IMG/VR virus record: IMGVR_UViG_3300045988_031260 | Origin: a virus | Reading direction: 5' to 3' (one strand) | DNA length: 42,825 nucleotides | Shown here: in pieces, positions 30,503 through 41,200 of the stretch | Position numbering within the stretch: position 1 is the first letter of the stretch | Layout: the number at the start of each line of letters is the position of its first letter | The notes under the pieces: generated by a model | Told to the model about the DNA's origin: nothing | Databases searched by the model: none | The model's input: the letters and a program-made list of their open reading frames with translations, nothing else | Made by a program: the position numbers and the translations under genes

Positions 30503-33413
30503 AATTCGCGGACTTGAATTTCAAATCAAAGAGAACAGCGACAGCGCCGTTGCGTCTTTGGGACGGCTTGAAAAGGCGCTTTCCTCCCTAAAGTCGGCCA
30601 CTTCCGGCGGAGCGTCCGGCGTAAGAACTGCTGCAAAGCAGATTGCGGCGCTCAATACAGCGCTGTCTGGGGCCGGTGCAGTTGGGCAAAAACTTAAATC
30701 TATCGCTGCCGGTCTACAGGCAATATCCGATGTCGGAACCGTTAAGATTCCGAAATCTCTTGGAAACAATCTGCAGTCGCTTGGGACTGCGTTGTCTGGA
30801 ATTTCCGATGGAGATATAGACAGGCTCTACAATGTCGCAGATGCTTTGCGCCCGTTATCCGAGCTGGAAAGTGCGCACATGCGTTCGTACATTAACCAGC
30901 TCAGCGCTTTCCCTGATGTGGTGCGCGAACTCCGCGCCGCAGACATCGACGAGTTTTCAAACCAAATGACCCGGCTTGCAAATGCGCTGAGACCGTTTGC
31001 CACGGAAATGCAACATGTAGCCGATGGATTTAGTGCCATGCCGTCTCGAATTCAGCGGCTCATAACAACGACCGAGAGGTACAACAACACGGTAAACAGA
31101 GGATCCACCCAAACGAGCCGATTTGGGATTTCCCTCAAAAGCATAAAAACGGCAGGGGTTATGGCCGGAATTCGTATGATACGCCAAGAAATCAGCAAGG
31201 CAATCACTGAATCCAACGCATACCAAGAGGATTTGAACCTGTTTACCGTGGCTATGGGGCAATACGCAAAAGAAGCCCAAGAGTATGCGGAAAATGTTGG
31301 AGAAATAATGGGAATTGACCCCGCAAAATGGATGCGGAATCAGGGCGTATTTAACACTTTGCTGTCCGGATTCGGCTCTGTCGCAGACCGTTCTTACCTT
31401 ATGAGTAAGAACCTTACACAGCTCGGCTATGACATTTCCTCGTTCTTCAACACCTCCGTTGAAGATGCTATGCAAAAGCTGCAATCCGGCGTTTCTGGCG
31501 AATTGGAACCGTTGCGTAGATTGGGCTATGACCTGTCGCAAGCCAAACTGGAACAAACCGCATTGACGCTGGGAATCGAAAAGTCTGTTTCTGCCATGAC
31601 GCAGGCAGAAAAGGCGGAGCTGCGTTACTACGCCATTATGACACAGGTAACAACGGCGCAGGGCGACATGGCGAGAACCTTAGACGCGCCAGCTAACCAG
31701 TTGCGCATTTTCCAAGCGCAGTTGACACAGGCATCAAGAGCAATCGGTAATATCTTTATCCCCATTCTGCAAAAAATCCTACCCATTGCAATCGCTGTTC
31801 TTCGTGTTGTGCGTGAGGTTGCTGATGCCATTGCAAAACTGTTTAACTTCAAGCTCACGGACATTGACTATTCCGGCGTGGGAAATCTGGCCAGCGGCGC
31901 AGGGGATGCCGCAACAGGGCTTGAAGATGCCACCAGTGCAGCAAAGGAGCTAAAGAAGTCCGTTATGGGCTTTGATGAGCTTAACATTCTAAACGGCAAC
32001 ACTGCGTCTGGGTCTGGTTCTGCAGGTGTGTCCGGCGGCAGCGGTTTTGACTTTGAATTGCCTGAGTATGATTTTCTTGGCGATGCTGTAAGTAAGCAGA
32101 TTGATGAAGTCACGCAGAAGCTCAAAAATGCGCTCCCGTGGATTCTTGCCATTGGCGCCGGATTAGCGGCGTGGAAACTTGGCCCAAAACTCGGCCTTGA
32201 TTTGCAGAAAACCATTGGCTTGGCTGTCGGTATTTTTGGCGCACTTACGCTGGTGCAAAACATTCTCGATTCAATCGTAAACGGCGTTACAGAGGAGAAC
32301 ATGAACGGCATGATTTTCGGCATGACGCTTGCCATAACCGGTCTGTACGTCGCTCTTGGGCCGGTAGCCGGAGGAATTACAGCTATTGTTTCCGGGCTTG
32401 CTGTGCTGGCTGTTGCGTTTATTGACGCAGAGAAAAACGGATGGAATTTCCAGAATCAAATGCTGGCAATCGCAGGAATCCTTGCGACCGGTGTGGGTAT
32501 CGGCATTTTGACTGGATCCTTTATCCCGGCTCTTATCGGGATGATTGCGGCTCTGATTCTTAGCGTTACTACGGCTACCGGGCACGGAGAAGAGCTTATC
32601 AGTGGCGTAAAAGAAACACTCAAGGGGTTTATCGATTTCTTCGCCGGTATCTTTACGGGAGACACTGAGCGTACTGCCGCTGGCATTGCCGGGATTTTCG
32701 GCGGGCTGAAAGTCGCGATTGGATCTGTGATCGATGGCATAAGGGACTTTCTTAACGGGTTGTTGGACTGGATCGACCAGAAAACAAATGGAAAGCTTAA
32801 ACCAATTATTACCGGGATCAAGGCCATTGTAACCGCCGTTTTTGGCAACATCAAGCAGACCATCGGGAATGTAATTGACGAAATTAAGACGATTTTCTCC
32901 GGACTAATCAAGTTTATTTCCGGCGTTTTTTCTGGGGATTTTGATAAGGCCTGGGAGGGGGTCAAGGACATTTTCAAGGGCATCTGGAACACCATGATTG
33001 ATCTGCTTAACGGTGCAATCAATATCATCATCAAGGGTCTTAACTGGCTCATCAAGCAGATGAACAAGATTAGTTTCAATGTACCTTCATGGGTGCCGTT
33101 TGTAGGTGGAAAATCTATCGGAGTAAACATTTCCTATATCAGCGAGAATGTGCTCCCACGGCTCGCAAAGGGCGCAGTTATCCCCGCAAACGACGAGTTT
33201 CTTGCCGTGCTTGGTGACCAGTCCCACGGAAATAACATTGAAGCGCCGGAAGGACTTATCCGGAAAATTGTCCGCGAGGAATCCGGCGGTTCTGGTGAAG
33301 TTCATGTGACCATTGTCCTCGACAGCGTGACAGGGAAGAAACTGTTCGAGACAGTAGTCAGAGAAAACAACGCCGTTGTTCGTGCGACCGGGGCAAGCCC
33401 TCTTGTTACATAA
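30489..33413 (+). CDS. Tape measure protein
   Basis: 974 aa, helical N-terminal half, multiple hydrophobic segments. GGAGGTGAAAAGC RBS. Confidence 0.9.
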   Translation: MDNLEIRGLEFQIKENSDSAVASLGRLEKALSSLKSATSGGASGVRTAAKQIAALNTALSGAGAVGQKLKSIAAGLQAISDVGTVKIPKSLGNNLQSLGTALSGISDGDIDRLYNVADALRPLSELESAHMRSYINQLSAFPDVVRELRAADIDEFSNQMTRLANALRPFATEMQHVADGFSAMPSRIQRLITTTERYNNTVNRGSTQTSRFGISLKSIKTAGVMAGIRMIRQEISKAITESNAYQEDLNLFTVAMGQYAKEAQEYAENVGEIMGIDPAKWMRNQGVFNTLLSGFGSVADRSYLMSKNLTQLGYDISSFFNTSVEDAMQKLQSGVSGELEPLRRLGYDLSQAKLEQTALTLGIEKSVSAMTQAEKAELRYYAIMTQVTTAQGDMARTLDAPANQLRIFQAQLTQASRAIGNIFIPILQKILPIAIAVLRVVREVADAIAKLFNFKLTDIDYSGVGNLASGAGDAATGLEDATSAAKELKKSVMGFDELNILNGNTASGSGSAGVSGGSGFDFELPEYDFLGDAVSKQIDEVTQKLKNALPWILAIGAGLAAWKLGPKLGLDLQKTIGLAVGIFGALTLVQNILDSIVNGVTEENMNGMIFGMTLAITGLYVALGPVAGGITAIVSGLAVLAVAFIDAEKNGWNFQNQMLAIAGILATGVGIGILTGSFIPALIGMIAALILSVTTATGHGEELISGVKETLKGFIDFFAGIFTGDTERTAAGIAGIFGGLKVAIGSVIDGIRDFLNGLLDWIDQKTNGKLKPIITGIKAIVTAVFGNIKQTIGNVIDEIKTIFSGLIKFISGVFSGDFDKAWEGVKDIFKGIWNTMIDLLNGAINIIIKGLNWLIKQMNKISFNVPSWVPFVGGKSIGVNISYISENVLPRLAKGAVIPANDEFLAVLGDQSHGNNIEAPEGLIRKIVREESGGSGEVHVTIVLDSVTGKKLFETVVRENNAVVRATGASPLVT

Positions 33414-33422
33414 GGAGTCCAA

Positions 33423-33794
33423 ATGGCAATTTTTACCATTACAAAGGCAGACGGGACGAATGTCCCGCTGCCTGACCCCAGCGAATATTCGTGGGGATTG
33501 CAGGATGTTGATGCGGATGGAACGGGGCGAAACCAAAGCGGCGATTTGTTCCGCGACAGGGTGGGGAGGAAGCGAAAGCTAACTCTATCGTGGCCGCCCA
33601 TGAAAGCCGCTCCAATGGCCACACTGCTACAAGCGGTTGACGATGTGTTTTTCGATGTAAGCTATCCTGATGCCATGACCGGTACCACAAGGAAAATGAC
33701 TGCCTATGTTGGCGACCGAACGGCTCCAATGTACAGCCTTATTGATGGCGTATACCAATGGAATGGGCTATCTATGAATTTTATCGAGAGGTGA
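33423..33794 (+). CDS. Small tail-tip component (distal-tail-like, putative)
   Basis: Position directly after the tape measure. Confidence 0.5.
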   Translation: MAIFTITKADGTNVPLPDPSEYSWGLQDVDADGTGRNQSGDLFRDRVGRKRKLTLSWPPMKAAPMATLLQAVDDVFFDVSYPDAMTGTTRKMTAYVGDRTAPMYSLIDGVYQWNGLSMNFIER

Positions 33795-33797
33795 GCC

Positions 33798-35534
33798 ATG
33801 CACACTGTGACAAACGCATTTCACGATGCTTGCGCTGCTCCGGGGCGTGAAATTACCAGCAAGGTAAATTTCAACGGCACGACAGACCTACCAGCATCGG
33901 AGATACAGGAGATCGTTGTAACGGAGCAGTTCGGCTCCTCGGACGGCGTGACTATCGGTGCGGCGTTTTCGTCCAGTTGCAAGGTTACATTCTACAAGCA
34001 GGACAATCTTCCGCTGAACGGCGCGTATTTTATGCCATCTGTCGGCGTCATGGTGGGAGGTGAAGCGCAGTATGTACCGAAGGGCAAATACTACGTCCCC
34101 ACGGACGGCGTGGAGGATAGCGGGAAGCTGTGGGTAACTGTTACCGGCTATGACCGCATGGCGTCTCTGACAGCGGATTATATCCCGGCAATCACCCTTC
34201 CGGCCACGCCTGCGCAGATCCTCGCAGACGTATGCACACAAGCAAAGGTGACGGCACCCAATGTGACGCTCCCTGACATCCAGATTGAGACGGCGTATAG
34301 CGGCAGTCTGCGTGAGCAGCTGGGCTGGCTGGCCGGGTTGATTGGATGCAATGCGAAGTTCGACGCAACCGGGAATCTGGTGTTTTGCTGGTACGCCGAC
34401 AGCGGCCTGACGCTTGGGTGGGACGTGCAGCACCTCGACGGTCTGGAGCGTACCGCCGACGAGCCGTTTACAATCAACAGCCTGCTGACTGGAACGGAAG
34501 AAAATCCGATCTCGGTAGGATCTGGCATCGGCATCACAGCAATTAACCCGTATATGACCGCAGATATCGCAACCTCGGTGCTCGATCTTATCAAGAATAA
34601 GCCGATGACACCTTGCAAATGCAAGTGGCGCGGAGACCCGTCCACCGAAGCTGGGGATATCCTGACCGTCGTTGACCGTGACGGCGTGTCCGGCCTTTCG
34701 GTGTTTGTGATGGAACAGGAGCTGCACATCAGCGGCGGCATGAGCTGTGATACGACGTGCTACGAGGTGGAGGATGCGGATTACGCTGTAAAAAGCCCCA
34801 CCGCGCAGAAACTCCAGCGTATGTATAACGAGGTCATGGATTCCTTTCAGAACGCGACGGAGAAGATCATCGGCATGAAGGGCGGCTATTTTGCCATTAC
34901 CTATGACGAGGACGGTTTCCCTACGGGCTGGACACTCAAGGACACACCCACGGTGACGGACACGACCAAGATGTGGATTATGTCGATGGGCGGTCTCGGC
35001 TACTCCGAGGACGGCGGAAAGACGATCAGCAAAGTCGCAATCACAATGGACGGATATCTGAACGGTTCCGCACTCGCGGTAGGCTCTGTCTCGCAGGACA
35101 GCGTAGCGGGGTTGTCGCAGTCGCTGACACTCATTAACGGCCAGCTCGACGCAAAAATTAGCAAGGAGGATGCAGAAGCACAGCTGAACTCCCGTCTCAG
35201 CGTCATGGCGGATCAGATCCAGATCGACCTCTCCCGCGTGAGTAATCAGGTTGATGACCTGAGCGACAGTGTAAACAGCCGTATGTCGGACTACGATAAG
35301 TGGTTCCGGTTTACAGCGGACGGGCTGATGATCGGCGAGAATGGCAACGAATTGACCCTCCGCGTAGACAATGATCGGATTGCTTTTCTGCAATCGGGGT
35401 CAGAGGTGGCGTATTTCAGTAACCGACGCCTGTATGTAACTGACGCGCAGTTCCTCGTATCGGTACAGATCGGCAATTTTGCATTTGTTCCGCGCGCAAA
35501 CGGGAACCTGAGCTTTAAGAAAGTGGTGAGTTGA
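33798..35534 (+). CDS. Tail-tip / baseplate hub protein (prophage-tail endopeptidase-like)
   Basis: 578 aa; position. Confidence 0.6.
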   Translation: MHTVTNAFHDACAAPGREITSKVNFNGTTDLPASEIQEIVVTEQFGSSDGVTIGAAFSSSCKVTFYKQDNLPLNGAYFMPSVGVMVGGEAQYVPKGKYYVPTDGVEDSGKLWVTVTGYDRMASLTADYIPAITLPATPAQILADVCTQAKVTAPNVTLPDIQIETAYSGSLREQLGWLAGLIGCNAKFDATGNLVFCWYADSGLTLGWDVQHLDGLERTADEPFTINSLLTGTEENPISVGSGIGITAINPYMTADIATSVLDLIKNKPMTPCKCKWRGDPSTEAGDILTVVDRDGVSGLSVFVMEQELHISGGMSCDTTCYEVEDADYAVKSPTAQKLQRMYNEVMDSFQNATEKIIGMKGGYFAITYDEDGFPTGWTLKDTPTVTDTTKMWIMSMGGLGYSEDGGKTISKVAITMDGYLNGSALAVGSVSQDSVAGLSQSLTLINGQLDAKISKEDAEAQLNSRLSVMADQIQIDLSRVSNQVDDLSDSVNSRMSDYDKWFRFTADGLMIGENGNELTLRVDNDRIAFLQSGSEVAYFSNRRLYVTDAQFLVSVQIGNFAFVPRANGNLSFKKVVS

Positions 35535-37324
35535 TGGCTCTATCTGGTGCATTTACCGGCACGACCGGTAACCAGCATATCTTCCCTACAATCAAATGGA
35601 GCGCCGTGCAGAGCATCGACGGCAATTATTCCGACGTGACGGCGACGCTGTATTACAGCCGATCCAATAGCGGTTATACCACGAGCGGCACATGGTCGGG
35701 TGGTATCACGATCGACGGTCAGTGGACGGCAGGAAGCCGTTATATTGAGGTATCATATCAGTCGGAGACGCTTGCGATGAGCGCGACGGTACGCGTATAT
35801 CACGAAGCAGACGGGAGCCGCAACGTCACTATCTCCGCAACAGGCTATATCAGCGGTACAAGCCTGACCTCTACAGATATCTCGCAGACTGTGACGCTCG
35901 ACACGATCCCCCGCGCCACAACCGCCGTGGTCGGGAATCTTACCATGGGGGAATCTGGTACGATTACGCTCACTCCCGCAAGCCCCTCGTTTACACACAC
36001 GATCCGGTATTACTTTGGCGAAGCGTCCGGGGTAATTGCGACGAAAACATCATTCAAGTCCGTCAGCTGGACACCCCCAAAATCACTGGCCGAACAGATT
36101 CCGCGCGCAGCGGTAGGCATCGGCGCAATCCATTGCACGACGTATAACGGCAATACCGAGATAGGCACGATCTCCACCTCCGTAAAGATTACCGTATCTG
36201 ACGATATGATCCCCACAATTTCCGCCGTAACAATCGCAGAAACGGTTGCTGGGCTGGCCGATAAGTTTGGCGCGTATGTACAAAGCAAGTCAAGAGCGAA
36301 GGTAGATGTGACTGCAAGCGGGATCTATGGCAGCTCTATCGCGTCCTGCGAGGTAAGAGTTGCTGGCTTCCTCTATACCGGCACCTCCATTACATCGAAC
36401 ATGATTACGGCATCCGGTGACGTCCCCGTACAAGTCAAGGTGACAGACACCCGAGGGAGGTCTACAAGTAGCGCGAAAACCATCACGGTACTACCGTATA
36501 GTCCGCCGAAGATCAGCGAACTGTCTGCAAAGCGTATTGATACAACGGGTGCGGACAACGACGACGGTACACGCGTAGCCCTGACAATGGCCTATGCGAT
36601 TGCGTCGCTCGACGGAAAGAATGACCGCACCATCACCCTGTCGTATCGCAAAGAGACAGAAACAGAATTTGCGCAGATTTCCACCGGAACCGCCGAAATC
36701 AGCTATAACGATACGCTGCGACTGACGGACGCGCCGGAGATTTCCGCAGATGACGCGTATGTTATCCGCGTAGTCTTGCAGGATTACTTTACGTCCATTA
36801 CATCTGACGTGCGAGTGGAATCTACGTTTTCGCTGTTGGATTTTTACAAAGACGGTACGGGGGGTGCGGCAGGAAAAGCCGCTACACAGCCGAATTTGTT
36901 TGAGTTCGGTATGCCTGTAAGTTTCCAGCAGATCACCGTGAACGGAAAGACGCTGCTCGACTGGACGCATCCGGTAGGAAGCATCTATCAGTCCACAAAA
37001 TCGACCGATCCGGCTGATTTGTTCGGTGGAACATGGGAAGCCATTAATAACGTGTTTCTGCTGGCGGCTGGCACAATCTATCGCCCCGGTACGATTGGCG
37101 GTGAATCCGAGGTAACGCTGACAGCTGACGAAATCCCTGAGATCAAAATGAGCTATCAGTACACAGGCCAGAGCACCGTAATTGGTACGGACGCGATTCG
37201 GCTGTACGATGTCAACGGGCAACCGAATCAATACACTGGGCCACAAAGCAGCAACTGCGGTGGCAAGGCACACAACAACATGCCGCCGTATTTGGCTGTG
37301 TACACGTGGAAGCGCACAGCATGA
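35534..37324 (+). CDS. Tail fibre / receptor-binding protein
   Basis: C-terminal GGKAHNNMPPYLAVYTWKRT, typical of fibre C-termini. ATG 35534; the ORF track uses TTG 35531. Confidence 0.6.
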   Translation: MALSGAFTGTTGNQHIFPTIKWSAVQSIDGNYSDVTATLYYSRSNSGYTTSGTWSGGITIDGQWTAGSRYIEVSYQSETLAMSATVRVYHEADGSRNVTISATGYISGTSLTSTDISQTVTLDTIPRATTAVVGNLTMGESGTITLTPASPSFTHTIRYYFGEASGVIATKTSFKSVSWTPPKSLAEQIPRAAVGIGAIHCTTYNGNTEIGTISTSVKITVSDDMIPTISAVTIAETVAGLADKFGAYVQSKSRAKVDVTASGIYGSSIASCEVRVAGFLYTGTSITSNMITASGDVPVQVKVTDTRGRSTSSAKTITVLPYSPPKISELSAKRIDTTGADNDDGTRVALTMAYAIASLDGKNDRTITLSYRKETETEFAQISTGTAEISYNDTLRLTDAPEISADDAYVIRVVLQDYFTSITSDVRVESTFSLLDFYKDGTGGAAGKAATQPNLFEFGMPVSFQQITVNGKTLLDWTHPVGSIYQSTKSTDPADLFGGTWEAINNVFLLAAGTIYRPGTIGGESEVTLTADEIPEIKMSYQYTGQSTVIGTDAIRLYDVNGQPNQYTGPQSSNCGGKAHNNMPPYLAVYTWKRTA

Positions 37325-37336
37325 GGAGGGAACAAT

Positions 37337-38773
37337 ATGCCTGATATCAACATTACAGTGGCGCACAAGGTTGCGGTGTCTGATACGCAATCCATCGTAT
37401 GCGACAACAGCGATTACACGGTGCATTGGACGCTGGATGAGGACTGGAGCGCCTACGACACCAAAACCATGCGCACGATCTACATGGACGGCACGTTTAC
37501 GGATAAGGTGTTTAGCGGCGCGGAAGTCGAACTGCCCGTTTGCACCGTGCCGGGCGTGGTGCAGATCGGCCTGTTTGCGGGCGACATCCGCACGTCGCGC
37601 GTGGCAATCCTGCGCGCGCTGCCGTCCGTCCGGTCTGCGGCTGGCGCTCCTGACGATCCGCCCGAGAGCGTTTACGATCAGCTGATGGAGCGCATGGCGC
37701 AGTTGGAGACGTCTGACTGGGCGCAGAACGACCCGACCGCGAAGGACTATGTGCGGAACAGGACGCACTATGTATCACAGGAAAACGGTGTGATTGTGCC
37801 GGAGCAGGAAGTAACGACCGCTGTGCAAAATAATTTTAACCTCGCAGTGCTCACTGATGCTGATTTGGACGCTTTCCAGAAGCTGTACAATAGTAAGGCT
37901 GATACAACATTTGATGTTGTTTTTGATGGGAAATCGTATAAGTGTAAATGGCTCGAGCAAGGCGGGAACCGCATTCCTGTCTTTGGTAATTTAGCCATTT
38001 CTAATCCCGATATACCGGATACCGGAGAGCCGTTTTGTGTCACCCCCAATAAAAACCCCCATGGTGGCAATACCTTGTTGATTGGGTGCAAGGTTGCCGG
38101 GACGCATACGGTCGCGGTTAGTTATCAGCAGGACGTCGTGCATACGCTTGATCCTAAATATATCAAGGATATGTACCATGCGGAGATGCGAGAGTCCAAG
38201 GTTGGAACTGATATGAGTGGATGGTGGAACGTAACCAGCGGAGGCAGTAATCCCGTAATACCCAAAATGAGTGTCGGCGGAGTCGTGTACGAAAATCTTT
38301 CGCCAAGTAAAGTTGATGATATTGATTATTATTATACTGTCGGGGATTATACGTTCCGATTTCACGCGGCACAAGGCGAAGAATATCGTTATCTGGCCAT
38401 TACCCCATATTACGAGGGTGATTATGATGAGATCATTTTTTACACACTGATTGAGGATGTGATGCCAATCCCCGAAAAGTATATGCCAGATTTTGTAAGG
38501 AGCGGTTCTCTTGTCTCGCTGGTTACAGCAGTTGAACCAGGTCATTCTACCACAATCAATGCGCGCGGAGTTGACCGGAATACACTTGTGGTGTTTATGG
38601 TAACGACGGGTTCAGATATTGCGCCGCAAAGCAGCATAATTGATAGCAGTGGGACGAAATATCCGATATACTCAGCGCGAACCGGAGCTGAAATATCAGA
38701 CGCCGAGCACCCCCGTGGGGTTATGTTGCTGAAATACGCGTATGAGCGTTGGTGGTGTATTAATCCCGCATAA
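37337..38773 (+). CDS. Second tail fibre / host-specificity protein with a composition-shifted C-terminal two-thirds
   Basis: Position. Visible GC drop from about 37780. Confidence 0.55.
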   Translation: MPDINITVAHKVAVSDTQSIVCDNSDYTVHWTLDEDWSAYDTKTMRTIYMDGTFTDKVFSGAEVELPVCTVPGVVQIGLFAGDIRTSRVAILRALPSVRSAAGAPDDPPESVYDQLMERMAQLETSDWAQNDPTAKDYVRNRTHYVSQENGVIVPEQEVTTAVQNNFNLAVLTDADLDAFQKLYNSKADTTFDVVFDGKSYKCKWLEQGGNRIPVFGNLAISNPDIPDTGEPFCVTPNKNPHGGNTLLIGCKVAGTHTVAVSYQQDVVHTLDPKYIKDMYHAEMRESKVGTDMSGWWNVTSGGSNPVIPKMSVGGVVYENLSPSKVDDIDYYYTVGDYTFRFHAAQGEEYRYLAITPYYEGDYDEIIFYTLIEDVMPIPEKYMPDFVRSGSLVSLVTAVEPGHSTTINARGVDRNTLVVFMVTTGSDIAPQSSIIDSSGTKYPIYSARTGAEISDAEHPRGVMLLKYAYERWWCINPA

Positions 38774-38866
38774 TGAGGACTAGACCCGAGCTGAAACATG
38801 CCAACCACACATCCCAACGCCCTGACGGGCTTAATTTACATGCGCAATGCGCAGGAAGGAGAAATT

Positions 38867-39322
38867 ATGAAAGAAAACGCAATCAAGGCCGTGCTTGCGG
38901 CAGCGCTGGGGGCGCTGGCATCCTACGGCACGCAGCTCATCGTCCCGGCGATCATCCTCGTCGCGGTGATGGTGCTGGACTACATCACCGGCATGGCCAA
39001 GGCGTGGCAGGCCGGAGAGCTGAGCAGCCGCGTCGGCATCGGCGGTATCCTGAAAAAGGTCGGCTATCTGGTGATCGTCGCGGTGGCCTGCGTGCTGGAC
39101 TGGCTGGTGCGGTATGGTGCTGACCAGATGGGGCTGGACTGGAAACTGGATTTCCTGATCGCTTCGATCGTGGTGATCTGGCTGGTGATTAATGAGCTGA
39201 TTAGTATTTTGGAGAATGTGGCCGCGCTGGGCGCGCCGGTGCCGGGATTTTTGCAGAGCCTGATTAAGCGGCTGAAGGTGTCGGTGGAGGACAAGATTCC
39301 GGCGGGCAACGAGGAGGACTAA
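38867..39322 (+). CDS. Holin (multi-TM, phage_holin_4-like)
   Basis: Several hydrophobic helices, ...VINELISILEN... motif, directly upstream of the endolysin. Confidence 0.85.
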   Translation: MKENAIKAVLAAALGALASYGTQLIVPAIILVAVMVLDYITGMAKAWQAGELSSRVGIGGILKKVGYLVIVAVACVLDWLVRYGADQMGLDWKLDFLIASIVVIWLVINELISILENVAALGAPVPGFLQSLIKRLKVSVEDKIPAGNEED

Positions 39323-39323
39323 G

Positions 39324-40031
39324 ATGAACATCATCGAAAAAACCTACAAATGGGCAAAGCCGCTCAGCAAGCGGGGTACGACGGATCTGCTGATCCTGCA
39401 TCACTCCGGTACGACCACCTGCACGCCGGACGGCGTCCACAGCTGCCACGTCGGCAATGGCTGGGCGGGTATCGGCTACCACTATCTGGTGCGCAAGGAC
39501 GGCACGATCTATCGCGGACGCCCCGAAGATACGGTAGGCGCGCACGCTTACGGCGCGAACAGTCACAGCATCGGCGTATGCTTTGAAGGCAATTATCAGG
39601 TGGAGCCGACCATGCCCGCCGCGCAGCTGGCCGCCGGACAGGCTCTGGTAGCCGATATCAAGCGGCGCTGGGGCATCACCAAGGTGATCGGACACAAGGA
39701 CGTCGCCGGATCTACCACGGACTGCCCGGGCAAGTATTTCCCGCTTGAGGCCATCGTCTCCGGGACGTCGGAGACTCAGGACAACAACACAACAAAGGAG
39801 GACATTATCATGGTAGCAACTCAGATGATCGGAAGCGGCGACCGTGGAAACGCGGTACGCAGCATGCAGGGCGCGCTCATTGCGCAGGGCTACAATTGCG
39901 GCAGCTACGGCGCGGACGGCATCTGCGGCGCGGCAACCGTCGCGGCCATTAAGGCTTGTCAGGCGGCTAACGGCCTGACGGCGGACGGCATCTGCGGCGT
40001 TAAGACGTGGGGCGCACTGCTCAAAAAGTAA
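39324..40031 (+). CDS. Endolysin: N-acetylmuramoyl-L-alanine amidase with a C-terminal peptidoglycan-binding domain
   Basis: LILHHSG...GWAGIGYHYLV...GAHAYGANSHSIGVCFEGN...GHKDV..TDCPG, then a C-terminal GDRGNAVRSMQGAL...GLTADGICGVKTW. Confidence 0.92.
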   Translation: MNIIEKTYKWAKPLSKRGTTDLLILHHSGTTTCTPDGVHSCHVGNGWAGIGYHYLVRKDGTIYRGRPEDTVGAHAYGANSHSIGVCFEGNYQVEPTMPAAQLAAGQALVADIKRRWGITKVIGHKDVAGSTTDCPGKYFPLEAIVSGTSETQDNNTTKEDIIMVATQMIGSGDRGNAVRSMQGALIAQGYNCGSYGADGICGAATVAAIKACQAANGLTADGICGVKTWGALLKK

Positions 40032-40123
40032 AACCGGTTTGAATGGAGGGCGCAAAGGATAAGACTGCGCCGACCTTGCGCCCGTGCATAAGCATCCGCA
40101 CCTCCACGGCTATTGTTTTGCAT

Positions 40124-40369
40124 ATGAACAGCAACCATAAGGCCGTAAGAAATCTCTTGTCAAATCTGCCACCGAAACGAGCTATCGCCCTCGTGGAATC
40201 GTTTTTACTGCCAAATACCGAGGAGATGATAGTCATAGATTGCGACGTGCGCCGAAAAAGCTGCGTTCAGGTTGCTATGGATCAGAATATGTCCGTGGAA
40301 ACCGTAAAACGGTACAGATGCAGAGCATACCACAAAATTTCACAGGAGCTATTTGCCACCCTGCCTTAA
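40124..40369 (+). CDS. Small sigma-70 region-4-like / RinA-like HTH protein
   Basis: VQVAMDQNMSVETVKRYRCRAYHKI. Start uncertain (ATG 40043 or 40124, no clear RBS). Confidence 0.5.
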   Translation: MNSNHKAVRNLLSNLPPKRAIALVESFLLPNTEEMIVIDCDVRRKSCVQVAMDQNMSVETVKRYRCRAYHKISQELFATLP

Positions 40370-40393
40370 TTGGCGGGGTGGCTTTCTTTTTTT
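40355..40393 (+). terminator. Intrinsic terminator
   Basis: 11-bp stem GCCACCCTGCC/GGCGGGGTGGC, loop TTAATT, then TTTCTTTTTTT. Confidence 0.85.
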
Positions 40394-40402
40394 GACACTT
40401 TT

Positions 40403-40429
40403 CAGGCACTTTCTGGTGCCTGTTTTTTT
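40403..40429 (+). terminator. Second tandem intrinsic terminator
   Basis: CAGGCAC/GTGCCTG stem followed by TTTTTTT. Confidence 0.75.
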
Positions 40430-40459
40430 GTATCATAAAGGCAGGAAGAAGGTGGCAAA

Positions 40460-40597
40460 ATGTATGACCGGCTTATCGCCTGCGGTTACACGGAGCAAAT
40501 GGCGGAAAATATCCTGAAACTATTCACCGATCCGGAAGAATTGCGGATATATGTATATTTTGCTGAACTGTTTCGTAAAGAAAGGACGGTATGTTGA
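40460..40597 (+). CDS. Small hypothetical protein (45 aa), first gene of the terminal accessory operon
   Basis: GGAAGAAGGTGG RBS. Below the ORF-track size cutoff. Confidence 0.5.
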   Translation: MYDRLIACGYTEQMAENILKLFTDPEELRIYVYFAELFRKERTVC

Positions 40598-40989
40598 TGG
40601 CATTTAATCCTTACTATCAGAATCCGTATCAGCCGATGGGGTATAACGGCCAATACGGGAATTATGCCCCGCAGAGCGCCGCAGGAGCGCCGCAAGCGTT
40701 CGGGTGTCAAATTACAAGGGTAAACGGCAGAAACGGCGCAGAGGCGTTCAGGATGGCCCCTAACAGCTCTATTCTGCTGATGGATGAGAACGACCCTATT
40801 GTATGGATGAAGCAGACGGACGGCGCAGGATATGCAACGGTAACACCTTATACGGTTTCTCCGTATCAGGCCGCCCCGCCTGTGGACGTAAGTAGTCTGG
40901 AAGAACGGGTAAAGAGATTGGAGGACACAATCAATGGCAAATCCAATGATGCAAATGCTGATGGGAAGCGGAAGCCGAAAGCCGAATAA
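40591..40989 (+). CDS. Hypothetical protein with a Tyr/Pro/Gln/Asn-rich N-terminus
   Basis: AFNPYYQNPYQPMGYNGQYGNYAPQ, then a globular part and a coiled C-terminus. Confidence 0.65.
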   Translation: MLMAFNPYYQNPYQPMGYNGQYGNYAPQSAAGAPQAFGCQITRVNGRNGAEAFRMAPNSSILLMDENDPIVWMKQTDGAGYATVTPYTVSPYQAAPPVDVSSLEERVKRLEDTINGKSNDANADGKRKPKAE

Positions 40990-41152
40990 CCCGCTTGCGA
41001 TGTTGTCCGAGTTTCGGAGGTTTGCTACCAACATGACCCCGCAGAAAGCACAGCAAGAAATTAAACGGTTGCTGGCCTCCGGGCAAATGAGCAAGGAGCA
41101 GTTTGCTGATTTGCAGAAACAAGCAAAGGACTTCATGCAATTTTTGAAATAA
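40934..41152 (+). CDS. Small helical hypothetical protein (72 aa)
   Basis: GGAGGA RBS. Overlaps the upstream gene by 56 nt in another frame. Confidence 0.6.
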   Translation: MANPMMQMLMGSGSRKPNNPLAMLSEFRRFATNMTPQKAQQEIKRLLASGQMSKEQFADLQKQAKDFMQFLK

Positions 41153-41200
41153 GCCGGGTCGACACGGTTTATTTATAAATTTTTGAAAGGAGTTTACAAC

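Noticed and set aside
40032-40123. A bulged 10-bp hairpin (GGGCGCAAAGG / CCTTGCGCCC) after the endolysin gene as a terminator.
   Set aside because: It has no T-run, and it may lie inside the upstream extension of the 40043-40369 ORF. The evidence is insufficient.
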